From: Conidiobolus incongruus B7586
Lineage: Eukaryota
DNA: 42,316 bases
Direction: 5' to 3'
Assembly (NCBI GenBank): GCA_000697335.1
Contig: JNEM01008940.1
Location: 1-42,316, forward strand
This document shows, piece by piece, positions 36,400-42,316 of this stretch; positions within the stretch are counted from its first letter, which is position 1; each line of letters opens with the position of its first letter. The translations under genes were made by a program, and so were the position numbers. Below the pieces are notes generated by a model that did no database searches, was not told where the DNA came from, and worked only from the letters and a program-made list of their open reading frames with translations.

Positions 36400-37440
36400 T
36401 TGCAATATATTTGCATTTACCCAACAACAATATAAGCCTAATTATAAAACCTCAATAACAGAGGGACTTTTATCTTCCAACCATTGGATTAATAAGCCCC
36501 TTTTCCTCTAGATTAATATAAATATCCCATCCACTTAAAATATTAACTTCAAGCAGAATATCTATATTAATTATTAGTAAAAACTAATTTATAATAAATA
36601 TATTATTGCTATTATTAAAAATAACCTTCCTTGAATAATATGGAAATGGTTCTTTATTACATCCATATTTAATACACTTAATAAGTTCAACCTTGACTTT
36701 CCACCACTTCCTTTAGGATTATATATGATGCTTTATATTTTTCTGTTTATATCAACCTTTTTTTATAATATCCTGGGATTTTTAATTGGTAGTAAGACTA
36801 GATTCCTATATAAGATATTGACAGTTATGCTGACACTTCATATATTTAATACCTTAGGGGAGCATTATTCCTGGCTTCCTGAACCACAGATCAATTCATA
36901 TTTGTTTGGTCTTAATACCTATTTAGTCTATATATACTTATCTTTTACCCATAATTCAACTTATTTTTTTTAAATATATCTATTTTTATCCTAATGATGG
37001 AGAATAATCCTGTCAATTACTCAAGAAACTTTGATTACTGCAGGATTCAAGAAGTTACATTGGAGATATCACATCCCATGAACTAGCTGATCCTATTACT
37101 TTTCACCCATAAGTCATTCATGTCCACAAAAATCAACAATGGAACCTAATATAAGATTATCATAAGCAAACTAATAAACATATCTTCTATCTTCATTTTC
37201 AAAAGTATACAGTCTCTAAGTTTTTCTTGTAACCCTCACAAAAGTGCTGAGTTGTGACAAGTGTGAGATATTTACTTTATTCGAAGAACCTGATTCGTAG
37301 CAAGTCATCTTCACCTACTTTGGTGAATCCCAATAATTTCCCTTAATTCCGTGATAATTTATCGTTTACCATTGGTGATTCCCCGTTTAAGCTCGTAAAA
37401 CCCATTGTTGTCAGTGTTAACCCCCAACACTAATATACAA
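36400..37440 (-). mobile_element. Degenerate transposable-element-like remnant
   Basis: GC-richer island between extremely AT-rich tracts, with stop-riddled minus-strand frames. The fragment ILSGWDIYINLEEKGLINPMV weakly recalls the Merlin/IS1595 I-SD-W--Y--L---G--H--V motif. Confidence 0.3.
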
Positions 37441-38953
37441 AGGAAAAAACTATTATATTTTTTATCAAAAGGAAATTAGGTCCAAGTTTTTATAAAAAAC
37501 TTATAGTAAAATTTTATATAAACTATATTCCAATCTTATAAATTGTCAATATTAAAGTTTACCTTAATATAATTATCCTGGTTTCTAATATTAAGATAAT
37601 ATAGTCATTCAAATTTTACCTAATTTTAAATAATTTCCCTTCTAGCTTTTAAAAGACAAATCAAGCAATAAATAATTGTTTTAGATAAAATATCTCTTTT
37701 ATAACCTGTTTATCAATCCTATATAAATTTTAAAGGTATATGGTTAAATTTTAATGATATTAGAATAAAAAAACTTAATGAATATTATCCAGTTTAAAAG
37801 TGAATTTAAAAATTTGTAATAAAAATTTATTATATATATAAATTAATAAACAGTTCAAAACTATATACTATCTTATTTATTTTATACATATAATAAATCC
37901 TAAAACTAATAGTATGTTTGAAATATTAAAAATTAAATATTTGTCAATAAATTTTTGCTGTAATGATAATTTAATTTTATAATTTATATTAACATATAAT
38001 AATTACTAACATTAATGAATTATTTTATGTATATAGTATCTTCTAGAAATGTTTAATTATAAAATTTTGGCACCAATATATAGACTTATTTTCATATTTT
38101 AATATATTAAAATGATAGAACATTTTGAATATAATATACCTAATTATATAATGAAAATTTTAGATAACTTTTTCCTTCTTTGGTGACGAAATTAAAAATA
38201 ACATCTTCAAATTATTAATGCATTATCATAATTAGAGAAATTTATTTATATTTTGAGTGTTATATCAGATTGATATATTAGTATCTACAGATATTATAAT
38301 ATCAATCTTGAATATAGCAAATATCTTTCTCCAAACAAATTCTATTGGATTTATTAAATATTTAACAATTTTAAATGGTGTTTAAGGCAATTTATACTTA
38401 AGGGATTTATACAAATAAAAAAATATATTCTCTCAGTACTTTCAATTATATTTTTATTCTTTAATTTTTTGATAACTAACTTTGCATTAACCATTTTTTA
38501 AAGTTTACCAAGATTGAAACATGTGAATTAGCTGTGGAATGGAAAAATAGATTTTAACATTCAGTCTCAATTAGAACTCTTAAATCTAAAATATATTTTA
38601 ATGATTTTGGATATATTTACAAGCATTATCAATTATATAATCACATATATGTGTTTAATTATTAAATTAAATAATCTTTACCACTCACCCGGAAATTGAA
38701 TATAATATATTGTCAAATCGGGGTTTTATCAATCAAAACAATTTAATCTTTTCAATTTTAATGCAGGTACTGATTAAAATGTTAAAGCGATTTAATGGGA
38801 CAATTTAAATTTGAGTCAGGAAATAAAGGGGAATTTGTAATAAAGCTAAATTTAAAAATATCCCATACAAATATTTTGTAAATAGAGGGAGGCTTTATTA
38901 TTAAAATGAATATGACATTAGATTTAAGCTTTAATTCTTGAGAGACAAACAAT

Positions 38954-40018
38954 ATGATACAATCAATTAAATATCAATTAGAATTATTAGTGATAAATTT
39001 TAGCGCAGAAATGCCCTTTCACCAGTCTATTTCCCTTGAGACTGACGGTACTGAAGGTACTTGGTATATCCCTCCAGTTCAGCATGCTGTAGAGCTCTTT
39101 TTGGTAACCTTATTATGTATTTATTTATCTTATACTAGTTTAAAGTCTATTTTATCAGAAAAGTAAACATATTTTGATAATATTTTATATATAATTAATA
39201 TTATTACCTTTAGAAATTCGTATTTACAACAAACTAAGCAATATCAAAAGTTGAACAAAGTACCAAGTATAGTTGAAAAAATAACTACTATAGGTGCTAT
39301 TATATCATATTGTTTTATGTTTTTACACAAATATCAGAGGAACCAAGTTAGTTATGTTTTTCAATTTTGCCACTTTAACCTGGGACTACTATTATTTTGT
39401 TTAACTATTCCTAAGAGTTACTTTTTACCACATTTGATATTTAATATCAACTTATATTTTGTTTATGGAACGTAAGAATATTGAAGTATTTCTGATTTTT
39501 ATATAATGCCTATTAATTGAAATTTAGTGTGATGGCTTTACTTTTACCCGATCATCGAGGGATTAATCTATTTTTTGAGATGGGAAACTTTTATTTGGGT
39601 AATTAGATTACTTATATTTTTACACTTGAAATTAATTAATTATATCATAGAACATTATATATTATTATTGGTTCCCTTTATTATGATGTTCAGTGGAAGA
39701 TATGCAATTTGGAGACCCAATTTTCCAACTCTAATGCTATCATTTTGTATCAAAGCGGTATTGGTATCTATATTCTCTACTTTATTAGGACTGAGATTAG
39801 GTACTAATTTAAATTACGCACTCTCACCACCACCTGGTTTATTAGAAATCTTTGGCCGATATTTCAAGTGCGTATTCGTAGTTTTAGCTATTATATTAAT
39901 GCTATTTAGCAGATTTATCATCATTCCTTCAGGTCATTTATTTATTGAATTCATTATCAAATTATCCAAATTTTCCTTTAATAATAATGAGAAAAATCAG
40001 CCAAAGAAAACCAATTAA
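38954..40018 (+). CDS. TMEM164-family multipass membrane protein, paralog C (~301 aa); exons 38954-39162, 39214-39471, 39528-39598, 39651-40018
   Basis: Same three intron positions and phases as paralog A, including the 71-nt exon 3. Motifs VFQFCHF, YGTVMALLLPDHRG, FYLEHYILLLVPF and TNLNYALSPPPG. Confidence 0.85.
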
Positions 40019-40750
40019 ATGATAAACTTAAATAAACTTACCATAATTTGCTTTATTTGGAACTCTTTATTAATTACGAATTGTTTACAATCTAATTGAG
40101 AACGAAAGATATCTACAAGATGTTTGTGATTAATGCTCTAAATTTTTGCGAATATTCTTTTTCCAACAAATTTATGCATTTATAGTTGAAATGGATTAAA
40201 ATTAATAAAATTCATTTTAGAATAAAGATAACGGAAAATAGTGATATTGATTTAAATTGTAATAAAGTCAGATTGCTTTATAAGATTATCTAGAATCTAA
40301 TGAAATTCTGATTTTCTTATCGTTTGTGATAATTTTTCAAAATTCGGCAATTTGATGGTCAAAAATAAAGGTCAACCTTTATATATTGAAAAAGAAATAA
40401 AACCACAATGCCAAGGTTATTATTATACAATTTTATTTAATCATAATACCACAATAAATTAAAATAGATTAAATGACTAATGTTGAGTTTTATAAATTTT
40501 GAATATAAATTAATTTCTCAAATTTGTTAAATCAAAAAGTCTATCCCACAATTTAAATAAATAAAATAGGGCTCGAAATTGTTTAAAGAACCTAATTTTT
40601 TGTTGATATTTTTTGAACATCCAATAATTATTAAAAATTTTAGACGATTTATTTTAAAAACATAGAGAATCAATAGTTTAAAACATATTAACACAATTTT
40701 TACATAAATCTAAAATCATATAATCCAATTTTTCATAATTATAATTTAAT

Positions 40751-42272
40751 ATGGTATCTAAAAGAGCTAGAAATAAATCAGTTCAACTTATAGAGAATAA
40801 AGCTAAAGTAATTTTAAAAACTTCTCTTTAAATCAAGCGTTCTTACTTATATATGATATATCTTGTAGGTTTTAAAAACTTCGGACAAAAAAACTGCTTT
40901 ACCGCCTAAACAATATTCAAGTGAGGATAGTGAAAGTGATAATAATAATGATGATTATTTTGACGAGGACGATGATGAGGATTTATTAAAAGCTTCACTT
41001 CAAAACAATAGAGTCGATGATGATGATGATGACGATGAAGAAGACGATGAAGAAGATGATGCTGTAGAGGATGAAGAAGATGATGAAATAGATTCAGAAG
41101 AAGAAAATGAAGTATCATCAGCAATTCCTAAAACTAAAGAAAGTGTTGATCCTTTATATGCGCTCCCAACAGCACAGGAATTAATTGAAATGGATGAGAG
41201 TTTAGATATGTTCCATTCTAATTTATTTAAGCTTGAGGTATTGAATATAATACTTGAAATTATATATATTCTAATCCAAATCAATAATAGATAGAAGAAC
41301 TACTTAAAGAAATCAAAGTTGAAGATAATAAATCCCAAAAAATGCACGAAATCTTAAATCAATTTAAAGGATTGATAGATCAACTAAAAGACGAGTCACC
41401 AGTATCAGTATGCTAAGATTTTAATCAATTCTTTATTCACCTTGATTAATTTAAAACCTAGATTGCTCATGCTAAACAAGAATTCGCCAAATCTAAAATC
41501 ACTATTCCTTATCCTAATCCACCACCTCCTCTTGATGCTAACTATCAGTTGAATTTCCTTAAACCTACCAATATCACTGTTATTGGAGGTTTTCCTCTTG
41601 GGTTGACTCCTTATCAAGTTAGTCAGGATTCTAAGCCCTCTTTATTTGTTGATCTTGCTATTCACCTTCCAACTGAATTATTTCAGCCCAAAGATTTTGT
41701 AAATTATCGTTATTTCTACAAAAAGGCTTATTATCTAGCTAGTTTAGCCAAGCAAATATCTAAAGCTAAAACTGACTTGAAATTCGATTTACAATACGAG
41801 TTTTTACATCAATCTGATCTATCTCCTATATTGCTTGTTCAATTTCATGTCAAATCATCTGTCAGATTCTACATCAGATTATTTCCAACCATCAGCCATG
41901 ACACATTTAAATTAGCTCGCTTCTCTCCTTTGAAGCATAATATTCGACTTCACTCTCAATCAGAACAAGAAACTGGACCCGCTACCCCTTACTATAATAC
42001 TCATCTCGCTCGTGATACTCTTTTGGTGCCTCACACCACATTTTTACATCAATTTACTAATACTTCTCCTGAATTCGCCACTGCAGTTCAATTGGGTAAA
42101 ATTTGGCTCCAGCAGCGATCTATTGGTAAGGGTGGGTTGATCGGTAAAGGATTCAACGGATTTGTATTTGCCATGATTCTCGCTCATCTTCTCAAACCTT
42201 CTTCTGCCGGAGGTAAACTCAGCAGAGGGTTTAGCAGTTTTCAATTGTTTAGAGGTACTATTGACTATTTAG
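40751..42272 (+). CDS. UTP22: U3 snoRNA-associated protein 22 (Utp22/NOL6/Nrap), 5' part, continues beyond the window
   Basis: ATG 40751 and an acidic N-terminal region, then FHSNLFKLE|IEELLKEI, VDLAIHLP-ELFQPKDFVNYRYFYKKAYYLA, ATPYYN, KIWLQQR, GFNGF and SSFQLFRGTIDYL. Introns start at 40808, about 41238 and about 41408, with a further donor at about 42273. Confidence 0.92.
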
Positions 42273-42316
42273 GTAAGTAATAACAGCTATATTTAAACAT
42301 CTTAAAACTAAATATT

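Noticed and set aside
33972..36973. Hydrophobic ORFs 33972-34190, 35234-35428 and 36725-36973
   Set aside because: I/L/F/N/K-rich translations expected from AT-rich non-coding DNA; no motifs.
40906..41284. Poly-His and poly-Ser ORFs on the minus strand
   Set aside because: Antisense reading of the GAT/GAA acidic tract in UTP22 exon 2.
1..42316. CRISPR arrays, operons or other prokaryotic defence systems
   Set aside because: No regularly spaced direct repeats; the genes are eukaryotic and carry spliceosomal introns.

Overview
Eukaryotic, very AT-rich genomic DNA with short (about 45-60 nt) GT-AG introns; probably an early-diverging fungus (Conidiobolus/Entomophthorales-like; the taxon is an inference). 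Genes I could reconstruct: a small heat-shock protein (HSP20) present twice as an inverted ~720-bp duplication about 20 kb apart (both copies lack an in-frame ATG, and the second has a nonsense codon), a lipid-anchored unknown protein, a secreted GH16 beta-1,3-glucanase, a 9-exon EED/ESC-like WD40 protein, a single-pass membrane orphan, the TFIIIC B-block-binding subunit, MED22, an EngB/YihA GTPase, a REEP/DP1/HVA22 protein, UAP1, complex I subunit NDUFB4, a tandem array of three TMEM164-family genes (two intact, one pseudogene) and the 5' part of UTP22. Non-coding features: two related 334-bp LTRs in opposite orientation, decayed element remnants inside extremely AT-rich tracts, and a strand-oriented (T/A)CCCAYAA motif upstream of most housekeeping genes. 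No rRNA, tRNA or CRISPR array is supported. All calls were made by eye from motifs, without database searches.
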